Below are positions 53,117-64,000 of a stretch of 64,000 bases of DNA, piece after piece. Numbering within the stretch: position 1 is the first letter of the stretch; each line of letters starts with the position of its first letter. The stretch is from Nemertoderma westbladi (Eukaryota; Animalia; Xenacoelomorpha), in assembly GCA_032718475.1 (NCBI GenBank), contig JAUCBJ010005050.1, positions 5,395 through 69,394 of the forward strand, in the 5' to 3' direction. Below the pieces are notes generated by a model. The model had not been told where the DNA came from, made no database searches, and worked only from the letters and a program-made list of their open reading frames with translations. The position numbers were made by a program, and so were the translations under genes.

Positions 53117-54520
53117 ATGGCCGTTTCAAGCAGTGACGCTTGTGTCAGCATTGTGCATAGTTTACTGTGTCACAGACAGGGAGGTGGGTATAACGAAAAT
53201 TTCTCGAAAAAGGCTATCGAAAGTTTGGTGAAAAAGCTAAAGGAGAAAAAAGAGGAACTTGATGCTCTAATTGCAGCCGTGAGAAGCTCAGGATCCCATG
53301 TCAGTCGGTGTGTTACAATTGCGAGAACTTTGGACGGACGTCTGCAAGTAGATGGACGCAAGGGGTTTCCACATGTTATATACGCCCGCATTTGGAGATG
53401 GCCAGATCTCATGAAAAATGAAATTAAACCTCTGTCATTTTGCCTGTTTGCGTTTGATTTGAAGAGAGATAGCGTCTGTGTGAATCCTTACCATTATGAG
53501 CGTGTTGTTACACCCGGTTTGGATTTATCTTCTCTTAGTTCCTTGTCCATAGATATGGATGATTCTGGTTTGATCCCTGTGGGAATTCAATCATCCCCTA
53601 TTTCCCTACAACATCAGCAACCGCATCGACACTTTCTTACCATGCATTCGGGCCGTAACAACGTTGCAATGCCCTCGCCATCCGTGGTGCGGCAATCCCA
53701 CCACACTGCCCCAGTTAGTACGGGACAATCCGAGGCCGAGTACGAGGTGGGGCCGATGTGGGACCAGGCAAATATCCCCGATACGGACAACCAAGACGGC
53801 ATCGACCCCAACATTCCCGTCTACTCGAGGAGCTTCGAAACCGCTCGGACGGAACTGGACGAGATCCTGCAGAACAAAACGCCCCCTGACCATTGGGCGA
53901 GCATTGCGTACTTCGAGTTGGACCAACAGATCGGACCCACCTACAAGGTACTGTACTCCCGACCCTCGGTTGTCGTTGACGGCTTCGTAGACCCATCGCT
54001 AGACGACCGATTTTGTCTGGGCCAGTTATCCAACGTGCAACGCACGGAGGACAGCGACAAAGCCAGGAAATACATTGGCCGGGGGATCCAGTTGTCACTG
54101 CAGGACCAAGGCGATATTTGGCTGCAGTGTCTGTCGGACCATTGCGTTTTTGCTCAGAGCTTCTATTTGGATCGGGAAGCCGGTCGTTCTCCCGGCGAGG
54201 CCGTACACAAGATTTACCCCCAGGCGAGGATCCAGGTGTTCGATTTGGTTCAATGCTATCTACAGTTGCAGCAGCTATCGGCCCGTTGGGCGGCACTGGA
54301 TTTGAGGCAGGTCGACCTATTAGACGCTAACGATGACCATAATTCTCTTAGTGTTGATGACTTCCGTAAAGTTTGTACTGTGAGTTTGAGTTTTGTTAAG
54401 GGTTGGGGGCCGGACTACCAACGACAAACTATTAAAGAAACTCCTTGTTGGATCGAAGTTCGTCTCCATCGCGCCCTCCAGGTTTTAGATTCTGTGTTGC
54501 ACACCAACTCGATAAGCTAA
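53117..54520 (+). CDS. SMAD4: Co-Smad Smad4/Medea, 467 aa, intronless CDS
   Basis: MH1 DACVSIVHSLLCHRQGG, RTLDGRLQV, GFPHVIYARIWRWPDL, VCVNPYHYERV; NES-like GLDLSSL; MH2 SIAYFE, LDREAGRSPGEAVHKIYP, SFVKGWGPDY, TPCWIE; AATAAA near 54626. Confidence 0.97.
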   Translation: MAVSSSDACVSIVHSLLCHRQGGGYNENFSKKAIESLVKKLKEKKEELDALIAAVRSSGSHVSRCVTIARTLDGRLQVDGRKGFPHVIYARIWRWPDLMKNEIKPLSFCLFAFDLKRDSVCVNPYHYERVVTPGLDLSSLSSLSIDMDDSGLIPVGIQSSPISLQHQQPHRHFLTMHSGRNNVAMPSPSVVRQSHHTAPVSTGQSEAEYEVGPMWDQANIPDTDNQDGIDPNIPVYSRSFETARTELDEILQNKTPPDHWASIAYFELDQQIGPTYKVLYSRPSVVVDGFVDPSLDDRFCLGQLSNVQRTEDSDKARKYIGRGIQLSLQDQGDIWLQCLSDHCVFAQSFYLDREAGRSPGEAVHKIYPQARIQVFDLVQCYLQLQQLSARWAALDLRQVDLLDANDDHNSLSVDDFRKVCTVSLSFVKGWGPDYQRQTIKETPCWIEVRLHRALQVLDSVLHTNSIS

Positions 54521-54859
54521 TTCTATTGGTACTGGTATTGTATTTATTGTTTTCATCATTACACTGACACTCTTATCATTTGGCTCTATGTTTTTTAAAT
54601 AATTTCGCTTTGTAATTGACGTGTTAATAAATATGCTGCGCTCATCCCCTTATGGTTTAAATCCACCCAATAACCCCCCCCCCTCCCCCGCCTTTTCAAT
54701 TTTTTTATGATCTAGAACAGAACATGTTATTTTTTTATTAAAATATAAATATATGTTCTGAAACAAATTGTTGTTGTTCTAGAACTATTTTCTTGCTACC
54801 GCTATCCAATTTTGTAATTTGTTAATTAAGTAACGAGTAATGTTCTTCAATGTATATAA

Positions 54860-54900
54860 GGCCCCCCTCACACGGAGCAACTTGTTTCTGAAACTTGTTG

Positions 54901-54934
<34 letters not shown>

Positions 54935-55301
54935 ACACACAGAAACTTGTTGCTCAAGAAAATAACAATTATTTCAAACAAATAGCTAACATGTCCAGTC
55001 ATTTATATATAATATAAAATCACTCAATTTTTCGAATATTAGCTCTAATATAAAAATTGGATGTAAAAAAGGTTTTTAAAAAAGTTGCTGGGAATATAAC
55101 TTCCAGCAACTTGTTGCTGGACCCCCTCACACACAGAAATAAGTTACTGAAACAAGTTGCAGCAACTTGTTGCTGGACTCCTCACACACAGAAACAAGTT
55201 TCGGAAATAAGTTGCAGCAACAAGTTGCTCCGTGTGAGGGGGTCCAGCAACAAGTTTCAGAAACATGTTTCAGAAACAAGTTGCTCCGTGTGAGGGGGGC
55301 C
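54860..55301. mobile_element. PIF/Harbinger-type MITE
   Basis: 35-bp TIR GGCCCCCCTCACACGGAGCAACTTGTTTCTGAAAC; 3-bp TAA TSD at 54857-59 and 55302-04; internal subterminal repeats. Confidence 0.9.
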
Positions 55302-55569
55302 TAAGGTACTGGTGTAGCGCGTGTCACCATTACAATGTTTGTTTATTATTGTTTTATAGCTGATTTTGGCTATTGATTCATGATCTGGAACATATTTTCC
55401 ATTAGTTACACCGCGTTATAAATATTTTTAGATATTTTTCAAACTAATCAAAGCATCGAAGCGGCGGGCGTAACTACAACCTTTTAAGGAGATTTTGACA
55501 TTTAACATAATTTATAACCAGGTTATTTAGTTATTTTACGAGTTATTTACCCGAGGGACGTGTTATAGA

Positions 55570-57597
55570 CCCGACTCCATATGGGATGCAACACATGACA
55601 AAGCTTTTGCACAAGCCAAAGAAATACTCTCAGAGGCAATATCATTAGGATTCTTCTCAGCAAATCATGACACCCAATTGCTAACAGATGCCTCTAGAAT
55701 AGGTCTTGGCTATATCCTCCAACAATGTCCTCGAGGAGAGACTGGTGTGTGGACAACTATACAAGTTGGATCTCGTTTCCTAACAGACACTGAAACAAGA
55801 TAATGCAGTAATAGAACTTGAACTACTTGGCATTGCATGGGCTTGTAAGAAATTGGATAAATTTAAACAAGGATTAGATTTCACTATTCTTACAGATCAT
55901 AAGCCTATTGTGCCAATCTTAAACAATCACCGTTTAGACGAAATAGAGAACCCACGCCTCCAACGTCTTCATCAACATATTATGCCTTATGCTATTACAG
56001 CAAAATGGATAAAGGGGTCTACCAATATTGCAGCAGATGCACTATCACGAAATCCTGTCAATTGCGATAATCAAACAATAGATATGGCCGATATTGAACC
56101 AATTGATGTGTCTACAAGGATATACGACTCAAATAAATCGCCTTCTATACATGAAATCAGACTATTTTCATCCGCCACAAGAGATGAGGATCTGCGAGTT
56201 GCTGAGCTGAGAAAATATGCCATTGAGGATGGTGAATACATCCACCTTCGTGAAATAATCTCCAAAAGTGGTTTTCCAAATACTCCTTCGGAACTGCCAG
56301 AGAACATTAGGAAATATTGGTGCGTCCATTCCGATCTCACTGTTGAAGATGGTCTTATCCTACTAGGCTGTCGTCTACTAGTCTCAGCAGCTCTTCGTGC
56401 AACAGTCTTATCACGGCTCCATGAAGCACATCAAGGTATCACCCGCACAACAAAGATAGCACAACTGAGTTTGTATTGGCCGGGAATGTTGGGAAATGTC
56501 GGAATGAATGGGAAAAGCAGAAGCAACTGTAAAATCAATGAAAAAGTTAATTCAATCCAACCAAAAAGGACACGTACTCAATATTGACGGTCTGAGACGA
56601 GCTCTTCTTTCATACAGAAATGCGCCATGTCGCCGCGATGGCCTATCCCCTTCTATGAAACTGTACGGCCGACCAATTCAGGATCGCTTACCAGCTCACC
56701 GTTCTTCCTTCAACCCAAAGTGGATAAAACAACATCGTACAATTGATGAACGAACAACAAATACACAAATGAAGGCTAAAGCATACTTCGACATACAGTA
56801 CATGAACGGCCCAATGACTCATTCAAAATAAGGGCAAATGTTTTAAAATGGAATATGATAACCCATCGGTGGAACTTATCTGGTAGCGTTATAGAGGTAG
56901 TAAACCCGCATAAATACGTTGTTCGAACTACCAGCGGACGTGTTCTAACGTGCAATAGAAAACATCTAAATCGCCAACAAATGCTACCTGCTCCCATTGC
57001 GGTGAACGTCAAACCGCATGGTACATCACTTGGAAAATCCACAACCGACGAACACTATGGGAAAACCAATACATTCTACAACATGTCCACCTCCGCGTAG
57101 AAGTTCTAGGCAAGTTCGAAGACCAATACATTCTACAACATGTCCACCTCCGCGTAGAAGTTCTAGGCAAGTTCGAAAACCAATACATTCTACAACATGT
57201 CCACCTCCGCGTAGAAGTTCTAGGCAAGTTCGAAGACCAATACATTCTACAACATGTCCACCTCCGCGTAGAAGTTCTAGGCAAGTTCGAAGACCAATAC
57301 GCTTAATTAATAGAGGAGATGGAATAAAAACTGTTTTCATTCTAAACCTGAATCAATAACTGAATAATACACCGATTCAGGCTGGGGGGAGGTGTAGGAT
57401 AGTGATCACTATCAGTATCAACTGTATGTACATATAAATGTAAACCTATATACCACTAAGTAACAAGTGAGATTATTATTCTAGAACTGAGATAAAAGAA
57501 CATAGCTACAGTATACGAATATCTTGTATTCTAATATTTATATAATTAAAGTAATACATGAAAATATACTCAATGTCATTTCTTTCATTATCATACA
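55570..57597 (+). mobile_element. Gypsy LTR retrotransposon 3' remnant (RNase H, internally deleted integrase, PPT, short 3' LTR at about 57393-57597)
   Basis: TDAS..GLG, ELELLGIAW, TDHKPI, NIAADALSR, LHEAHQG..YWPGM jumping to NGKAE; frameshifts; PPT GGGGGGAGG followed by TG. Confidence 0.85.
57064..57300 (+). repeat. 57-bp in-frame tandem repeat (4 copies) in the Gypsy integrase tail
   Basis: Encodes PIHSTTCPPPRRSSRQVRR four times. Confidence 0.9.
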
Positions 57598-57604
57598 CTT
57601 ATTA

Positions 57605-57706
57605 CCCTATTATTGAGTTATTTTCCCGGTTATTTAACCCGCGGGTAGGCACCTTGGGTTTCCTGCCCGCGGGTTAAATGACCGGGAAAATAACTCAATA
57701 ATAGGG
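57605..57706. repeat. About 45-bp-arm palindrome, probably part of a non-autonomous element
   Basis: CCCTATTATTGAGTTATTTTCCCGG.. / ..CCGGGAAAATAACTCAATAATAGGG; followed by a degenerate 21-bp AT-rich tandem array at 57760-57885. Confidence 0.75.
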
Positions 57707-58160
57707 AAATAAATGTTGTTCTAAAATATTTTCTTGACATTCTATATAACATTAATTAATTTTATATAACTTTTATGAATTTTTATATAACTTTTAGGAA
57801 TTTTTATATAACTTTTGGGAATTTTTATATAGCTTTTAATACAACTTTTAAATTTATATATAACGTTTGAAATTTTTATACAACCTTTGCTAACGAAAAT
57901 GGTGCTTAAAGCACATTACAACCAAATCAATTGTAATATTCGACTAGATTCTAAAATACCTCGATCAGCTGATATAAAAAGTCATACTTTTTCGGATTTC
58001 ATTATTGTTGTATGGTAATAACTACTGTATTTACATACTTGTGTGTAAAGTACTGTAGCACTTTACAGTGTCATGATCCGAGTGGCTGTGTTACACGAAC
58101 GAACGTTAGTGAGTGAGTGAAAATAAAGTCACGAGGATCAGAACACTGTAAAGTACTTTG

Positions 58161-59478
58161 CACCCATGACATTTGATAGATCATCGCATCTTAAAGGCCA
58201 GTGTCTTTTAAGATGCGTCTCAAGAAAGTCATGGGCTGTCCACCATGCTTATTCACTCCATGAGGCTGCCAAAGCACAAGATTATGCACTGGCTGGTCCT
58301 CACGGCGAAAGCAATGTCCTGCAAAGCGGAGGCGGCTTTGTTCTAGTGTCAAGCTTGGGGGAACCAATGAGACACTCACAATGTTATATAGTGTGTGGTT
58401 GGAGATGTGTGCATTGTACTTGACACAGTGAACCCGGCGTAGCATTCTTGTGAATGTGCCATCCAGAGATTTGGTGTCCTCAGCAGTTAGAGCCCAGCAT
58501 GGACTCCCATAGAGGAGTACTGGAACTACTGCTGCTCTAAATAATCGGACCTTAAGTTTCCGATTAATTCTAGGTGTCTTCCAAATCCTGGAAAGCCTAT
58601 TCAACGCTGCCCATGCCTTTCCCTTACGTATTCGAAGGTCCTCACCTGACTTCCGGATCCATGATCCCAGGTAACAGAAGTCGTCCACATGCTCAAGCAT
58701 ACCATCCTTTGAGCTTATGCTCATCCGATCAGAGACTTGCTGAGGACTTTCAAAGTTAACTGTCAGAATTTTGGTCTTTCTGGAGTTAATAAAAAGACCA
58801 ACACTAGAAGCAGCATGTTCTAATGAGCTGAGGAGCCGCTGGGCTCCCTCTAATGATTCTGAGAGTACTCCTAAGTCATCAGCAAAGTCTAGATCAGTTA
58901 GGTACTTGGCAGGATTTCCTCGACTTCTGGAGCCAGTAGGTGGAGTTATCATCACCCCATCATCATTATGATGATCTAAGGACATGCGTAGAACATGGTC
59001 AACCACAATAATGAACAAGAATGGTGCAAGTGTGTCTCCCTGGAGGACGCCCCATAACACTTCAAATGGTTCTGTGTCACCGTCAACAGTAGACACGAAT
59101 GTTGTCGAACCCTCGTATACTGATCTGATTGCTGCAATAATTTCATCAGGAATCCCATATAATGAAAGTATGCTGAACATACGTGAGCGGGAGACTGAAT
59201 CAAAGGCCTTGAAGAAGTCAACAAAGATAACAGCCAGATGCCTGTCTTTCTTTTTTTGATAACTCTTCAATTATCCTTCTAAGTGCCAAAATGGGTTCCA
59301 TGGTCCCACACGACCTTTACGGAACCCGTTCTGATTTCCACGGAGCAGTCTCTCAATGGGATCCCTGATGCGATTTAATAGAATTCTATTGTATAGCTTT
59401 GTAGCAATCGAGATCAATGAGATTCCCCGAAAAGAACCATAGAGTGTTAGGTTGCCCTTCTTGGGAACTGGCACCAAC
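58161..59478 (-). mobile_element. RTE-like LINE fragment, same family as 42530-43540, truncated at both ends
   Basis: PVPKKG..FRGISL, QNGFRKGR, FVDFFKAFDSV, QGDTLAP, FADD; frameshifts near 59250-59310; high identity to the 42.5-kb copy. Confidence 0.92.
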
Positions 59479-59479
59479 T

Positions 59480-59745
59480 TATTTGTTTTCATTTCTTGAA
59501 TTTTAGACATGTTGGAGACTGATGAACTGGGTTTCTTAAAGCTTTTAAAAAATCTCACCTTTTGGTCCTGTAATAATGCCAACAAATTTTCAACACGACA
59601 CCGACACAGCGTTACATCCGACAAAGTTAATTGCATGTCAATCTCGTAACGAAGACTACGTCGTCAACAACTATTTGCCATTATTGTCCCACCCCTAACA
59701 TTGTCAGTGCACTAAGGCTCCGGCAACGTCGTGGTTCACCCCACA
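59480..59745 (-). mobile_element. Diverged partial copy of the HINE-like element
   Basis: Aligns to about 24770-25048, including AAATTTTCAAC, CCGACAAAGTTA, AACTATTTGC and CTAAGGCTCCG..CCCCACAAAG. Confidence 0.75.
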
Positions 59746-59757
59746 AAGCGCGAGCTG

Positions 59758-60931
59758 TGTAAAAGCTTTTGCGGATCTAGCTAGTTATTTTTCCCGCAAA
59801 GTACTCTGTAGGTGTTTTAACGGACATCAAAAGCCGTTTCCTTACTGTACCGGTGTTTTAGTGGACATAAAAAGCCATTTCTTCTGTATGTGTAATTTAG
59901 CGGACATAACTAGCAATTCTATGTCGCAATACGCTAAATCCTCTTGAAACAGTGTAGTTACTATGACGACAGCTAACAGCTGATCTGTACACGTGGAGCT
60001 TTTTCTTTGTTCTCTGTCGTTTCTTTGTTCGGTCGACCAATCAGAGCGTTTTTTGACTCTGTGTTGGAGGTTGTATACAGAAACTCATGAATTGAGTCAG
60101 TATGTGTATTTTGTCCACAGCCAGAAGACCGGCTTTGGAACCTCTGTGGTTTCAGGCTTTAGCCCAACATTAGTAGGCTTAATCAGAAACGTATATCTGT
60201 TATCTTAACAAATCAATCATAACACTCACTCACCTAATCATATTGTCAACTACAAACACCGCATTTTTACTGCTATTTACTGTCGATTATTCATTATATC
60301 AGTTGATGGAATATTATTATATTTGGAATATCGATAAATAATTATAAAACCCTCAATCTTCTTGATATACTGAAGGTAAGAGAGACCGGTTACATATAAC
60401 AATTGCGACTTACATTAAAGTGGAATCTAATGCTATTTCATAGGCACTACATGAGTCGGTTGTTGTTCTCTTTATATGTGACTAAAATTAGTGAAGGTCG
60501 GCAGATCGGTGTGCAGTATTGTGCAGTAGTGTGTATGATTGTGATTGATAACAAAGCATCTCCTAAAGAATGCGCTATATCCATAGCATGAATCCATAGC
60601 CATCCCGTTGTGTCTAGTTTAAGTCATAACTCTGTTTACATATTTAGAGCGCCACGTCCTAAAGGAACTGTTAATATTTCCCGAAAGTGAATAATATTTG
60701 TCAGAGATTATATATTACGATCAGTCGAATAATACAGTAGGCCTACACCGCAATAAGGTTAGGCTTCCGAATCCAGTCTCCCGGGTATATCCAGCGGGTG
60801 AATGGTCGCGCATAGACTGGCTTTGGCTAATGTAGTGTATCAAATACTCGTCATAGGCTAAAGTCGATTTATTATCTAGAAGACATCCAAATTTGGCAGG
60901 TTAAACTGCTAAAGGTCTGAAAGCGCGAACA
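59758..60931 (+). mobile_element. Solo LTR of a related BEL/Pao subfamily (1,174 bp)
   Basis: TGTAAAAGCTTTTGCGGAT...GCGCGAACA, collinear with 18410-19577 but diverged; 5-bp TSD AGCTG at 59753-57 and 60932-36. Confidence 0.93.
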
Positions 60932-62523
60932 AGCTGTATAATCTTAGCACAGTACAGCCGGCTCGCTGTATTATTTACCTTTACTGTACGTACAGGTCTA
61001 TAAACATGGATAAATAGGCCAGTATGTTCGTACGTATGCTAGTTCAAGCGAATAGCTCGAACGTGAATTAGCCATAGTGCAGAGTGCTGCAGTGCACTGA
61101 CTACTGCTTCCTGAATTACGGGCAAATACGTCTCACATATACGGTAGGCTACGCGGGAACTCTTTCAAATACGTACACATACGGCAAAAAGACAAACCAT
61201 GTCCGCACACCCCTCAAGGAACTCGCTCATTGCCTACACACTAAGTTTGGTCTCCACACGGCCGTCCAGTTGATGAGATATCTACCGACGGCAGTATGAG
61301 TCATTCGGGACATGGTTAACAGCATTGTGGGGGAAGGAGAATATGGAACTCGCAAATCCTATTCGCATTACAGTAGTTTCCTGCCCTAAACTGTATATTT
61401 TATATCAGCCCTCCACAAACGATCGATCTTTTATATCACCATTTCATATGTATATTTTTTTTTAATTAGATGCATTGGTCGCATATAATTAATTTTATAA
61501 TATTTCACTGTGTTTAATAAATAATGTTAATAATATTGCAACCTAAATTGGGTGGGAATATAATACTGTAACAAAACTAATCTCCCGTAACCAACCATCA
61601 AGACCAAACTGACACCAATATTGCAATTAAAATGAATGCACGCCACCTACCGTTATAAATGAGTCCGAATGCCTAACAATGCTCTGCTTTTGGCAATAAG
61701 CATTAACAATATCCAACAATTCAAATGGTGAAGTAATTATAGGGCTTTCTCTCTTCCTTTGAAGGCCCCAGTTCCCTTGTAATTATTAATTTTACTCAGC
61801 GCCAGCTGGAATAGGCAGATAGCATTATTTTACATCATAATGCGGCAATGCCTGCCACGTCTTCCAATCAGATGCCTCGGATTTCAACTGGGCTGTAGAT
61901 AGAATGGGCTATTGGTTTAGGGGTTTAGATTTGGCAGGATATATAACTGGTGGAATAATTGCATTGTTAACCATTATCTGTGTCTTCAGTTTATGTGTAG
62001 GTCTCGTTTTCATATGACAGTATTGCAGTATGATGAATACGTGTTTATTGTTTGTTAGGCCTATAGGATTTGGCTGTCAATGTAGCCTGAACTGGTATAC
62101 CTTACTGCCTTAACCTGACGCTGACATAACAACATAGGTTCTGTAGACTGGCAGAAGGGAAGATAAATATATCGTTACAGCGTTACATCAGTACCGGCTG
62201 GCCGGTAACACGTAGTACAGTCTGACAGTACAGCAGTTGTACCGGTTGCATCGCAATTTCGGGAGTACAAAAGTAGACCTCATTCTCCATTCTCCCTACT
62301 TTCGTAACATTCAAACAGACATATTTGCCGGTCAGCCGGTAGTTATTAGGCCTAGCGTCAGAGCGTTACATTACAGCATTATGCAGTTAAGCTTTTACCC
62401 CTATTTATTGTTTGGATCGCCACTTGCCACTCTGTGCGGTAACAATAACCTCTAGTTAATTTGAACAAACGTAGAACATAAGGTACCGGTACTAGTGCTG
62501 TAGTGTCACATAGCACATAGGGG

Positions 62524-62755
62524 AGGGGACCCTCCTAATCTGCTAACTGAAATCACCTGCTAACAGGCTAATCCTGATATTTAGCACTTAGCAGGTGATA
62601 AAACAATATTTCTAACTCTCATTTATTGTTTTGGTTCCTTTCAACTCGCCTCTGTAACCTGCTCCTTTACTAACCGGGCACTAGCACTAGTCGACTAGTG
62701 ACTTTAGCTGTTTAGTTTATGTGATTTCAGGATTAGCAGGTTGAGAGGGTCCCCT
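62524..62755. mobile_element. Small MITE-like element just upstream of PDI
   Basis: Imperfect inverted termini AGGGGACCCTC..CTGCTAA.CTGAAATCAC / GTGATTTCAG..TTAGCAG..GAGGGTCCCCT; no clear TSD. Confidence 0.55.
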
Positions 62756-62893
62756 ATTTGACACAAGTGCCGGATCATAAGTCAGAAATTTTTATAAATA
62801 AACATATCCAGCTTTTCGGCATCAGTACTTAGCAGCTTAGGCCTGTATCCTTCACCGTTGCAACTCTAATTTCAAATTACATATATATCCAAA

Positions 62894-64000
62894 ATGAAAA
62901 TTGTAGCGGCCTTTTTGGGTTTTCTTGTTTTTGTGACGACAAATGCTGAATTGGACAGCAAATTAGAACAGGAGGATGGAGTGTTTGTCGGCACACAATC
63001 TAACTGGAAGGACCTTCTAAAAACTGAGAACCTCTTGGTAGAGTTTTACGCTCCGTGGTGCGGACACTGTAAGAAATTAGCGCCCGAATATGTTAAAGCA
63101 GCCGGACAACTTAAAGAAGAAGGGTCTGAGGTTAAGCTGGTGAAAGTTGACGCGACTGTGGAATCGGATTTAGCTAAGGAATTCGGCGTTCGCGGTTATC
63201 CAACCTTGAAGTTCTTCCGTAGCGGCACCCCAACCGACTACAATGGCGGACGTACGGCAGACACCATCGTCAGCTGGTTGAAGAAAAAGACAGGACCTCC
63301 AGCTGTGGTTCTAGCTGATGAAGAAGCTGCTCAGACCTTTATTGATAATGACGATTATGTTGTTATCGGTTTCTTTAAGAACCGCGAGAGCGACAAGGCC
63401 GCGATCTACTTGGAGGCGGCTCGTCTAGATGATGAAACACCCTTCGGCATAGCTGACAGTGACGCTGTGCTCACTAAGTACGACGTTAAGGACGGCAGTG
63501 TGGTCCTATTCAAGAAGTTCGACGAGAAACGAAACGATTTCACTGATGAGTTTACGGCTTCTAACATAAAGAGTTTCATCGGTAAGAACAATTTGCCTTT
63601 GGTTGTTGAATTCACAGATAAGACGGCTCCCAAGCTCTTTGGTGGCGATATCAAGAACCATATCCTTCTGTTCGTCAACTCCGAATCGGATGAGTTCCAA
63701 GGGTTGCTGGACCACCTAACGAAACTCTCCCGGGAACACCGCGGGAAGATGCTGTTCATCTACGTGAACGACAACAACCCCAGTAACGCTCGCGTCGCCG
63801 AGTACTTCGGGATCGTCAAGGCCGATCTTCCGGCCGTCCGAATAGTGAACGCGGAAGCAGATATGAGGAAATACAAACCCGAGTTCACAGAGTTATCCTT
63901 CGACAACATAAAATCCTTTATCGATAGTTACCAGAAGGGAGACCTGCAACCGCATCTCAAGACGGAAGAGATACCAGATGATTGGGATAAACAACCCGTC
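62894..64000 (+). CDS. P4HB: Protein disulfide-isomerase (PDIA1/P4HB-like), 5' 369 codons, runs off the window; absent from the ORF track
   Basis: Signal peptide MKIVAAFLGFLVFV; VEFYAPWCGHCKKLAPEY; KVDAT; GVRGYPTLKFF; WLKKKTGPPA; ends HLKTEEIPDDWDKQPV; no intron in the visible part. Confidence 0.95.
   Translation, partial: MKIVAAFLGFLVFVTTNAELDSKLEQEDGVFVGTQSNWKDLLKTENLLVEFYAPWCGHCKKLAPEYVKAAGQLKEEGSEVKLVKVDATVESDLAKEFGVRGYPTLKFFRSGTPTDYNGGRTADTIVSWLKKKTGPPAVVLADEEAAQTFIDNDDYVVIGFFKNRESDKAAIYLEAARLDDETPFGIADSDAVLTKYDVKDGSVVLFKKFDEKRNDFTDEFTASNIKSFIGKNNLPLVVEFTDKTAPKLFGGDIKNHILLFVNSESDEFQGLLDHLTKLSREHRGKMLFIYVNDNNPSNARVAEYFGIVKADLPAVRIVNAEADMRKYKPEFTELSFDNIKSFIDSYQKGDLQPHLKTEEIPDDWDKQPV

Noticed and set aside
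58060-58154. Short imperfect inverted repeat
   Set aside because: Probably a MITE remnant; too short and lacking a TSD to classify
59271-59636. 121-aa ORF as one gene
   Set aside because: Chimeric reading across a HINE remnant and the RTE fragment

Overview
Eukaryotic (invertebrate animal) genomic DNA, about 75% repetitive. A 43-bp tandem satellite (4562-44720) is split by a full-length 18.3-kb BEL/Pao LTR retrotransposon (18410-36672, TG..CA LTRs, GCTAG target-site duplication) and by a 5'-truncated RTE-like LINE (42530-43540). The BEL/Pao gag-pol ORF is broken by three in-frame stops and a nested 1,020-bp Helentron-associated (HINE/DINE-1/pearl-like) element. Between pol and the 3' LTR it carries a 4.75-kb extra region. 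That region holds a long G-U-rich RNA stem-loop, a 125-aa ORF and a reconstructable ~600-aa non-env ORF with three zinc knuckles and a basic NLS-like tail; this is the most novel-looking signal. The element also lacks a tRNA-type primer-binding site. Host genes: a three-exon Rel/NF-kB gene (minus strand, Ser at the redox Cys), an intronless Smad4 head-to-head with it, and an intronless PDI (P4HB) running off the right edge. Also present: a diverged solo LTR, a Gypsy remnant, RTE fragments, several MITEs and minisatellites. All calls are by eye from motifs; no database search was run.
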